64,000 nucleotides of DNA from Chiloscyllium plagiosum (Eukaryota), in NCBI RefSeq assembly GCF_004010195.1, contig NC_057719.1, positions 94,355,468 to 94,419,467 of the forward strand, read 5' to 3'. Under the pieces are notes generated by a model. That model ran no database searches and was not told the origin of the DNA. It saw only the letters and a program-made list of their open reading frames with translations. Within the stretch, counting starts at the first letter, position 1. Each line of letters opens with the position of its first letter. Below, in pieces: positions 63,135 to 64,000 of this stretch. Both the position numbers and the translations under genes were made by a program.

Positions 63135-63189
63135 CTAAGACTGTTCTGTATCCACCTTAGCAGCTTACCAAGGATCTCATATGATTTCA

Positions 63190-63520
63190 CCTTTAGTATC
63201 AGTCTGCCATTAGGGACCTTGTCAAAGGCCTTGCCAAAGACCATGTACACCACATATACTACCCTGCCCTCATCAATCACCTTTGTCCTTTCATTAAAAA
63301 AAAGTCAATTTTGTGAGACACGACTTTCCCTGTATAAAGCCAGACTGCCTATTGCTAATAAGTTCATTATTTTTCCTAATGTGGGTAAATCCTATCCCTA
63401 AGAATCTTCTCCAATAATTTCCCTACCATTGATGTAAGGCTCACTGGTCTGTAATTTCCCGGGTTAATCCTATTGCCTTCCTTAAACAAAGGAACAACGT
63501 TAACTATTTTCCGGTCCTTG
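63190..63520 (-). mobile_element. Old CR1-like RT fragment
   Basis: Reverse complement of gtgtacatgg..aaggcctttgacaaggtccc and aattacagaccagtgagcct. Confidence 0.75.
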
Positions 63521-64000
63521 CATTAGAAAATAGTTCACTCTGGTAAAATATTAATAACACAAGTATAACATATGAAATTTGTTGTTTAAAAGGATGGCAA
63601 TATGTTCAATAAATCAACCACCATGCCTAACATTTTGAACAAGCAAACAAGAAATGTGAAAATGAAGGTTTGACATTCTTGAGTCTTGGGACATAAATGT
63701 CTCTCACATAAATTCAGCTCTTTTCTCTCTTAATTAATCTGCTCTTTGCAAGTATAAGGTTTATAAGTCAAAGCTTCTGGAAGTTATGCTCTTCATAATT
63801 GAGACATAGAAACAGGTAATTCTAAGTTTGCAGATTTTCATGGAAATAGAAAAGGTACTCCAAAATATGCGTTGGAAAATGAGGAAAAAAGAATGTTTTC
63901 CAGTCAATAGCAGGGGTAGGCAGGGAGAATTTGAACAGTAATCTACTTAGTGAAGCTGGGAACAGATGAGGAAATGAAACATGTTTTTGGACAAAACATT

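Noticed and set aside
63752..63814. AG..GT bounded candidate exon
   Set aside because: Stop codons in all three frames

Overview
Repeat-saturated eukaryotic DNA, almost certainly an intronic or intergenic stretch of a cartilaginous-fish (shark) genome, inferred from HE1/V-SINEs and shark-type CR1 LINEs. No host protein-coding gene could be supported; essentially all listed ORFs are fragments or antisense frames of retroelements. The window contains many nested CR1-like LINE pieces, three decayed Ty3/Gypsy LTR elements (one with the Gmr1-type protease-integrase order), SINEs, and at least three families of Penelope-like elements (GIY-YIG endonuclease plus RT). The most striking signal is more than 20 minimal hammerhead-ribozyme (HHR) motifs (CTGANGA-N-stem II-GAAA-CG/GC-TH) in the Penelope termini. 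Many occur as stand-alone 100-240 bp inserts flanked by 10-15 bp target-site duplications (TSDs). These often fold back into near-perfect 80-99 bp hairpins that turn at the 5' edge of the ribozyme and carry a constant 30-41 nt unpaired tail. Family labels A, B and C are my own working names. Coordinates were counted by hand and may be off by a few bases; three N gaps are present.
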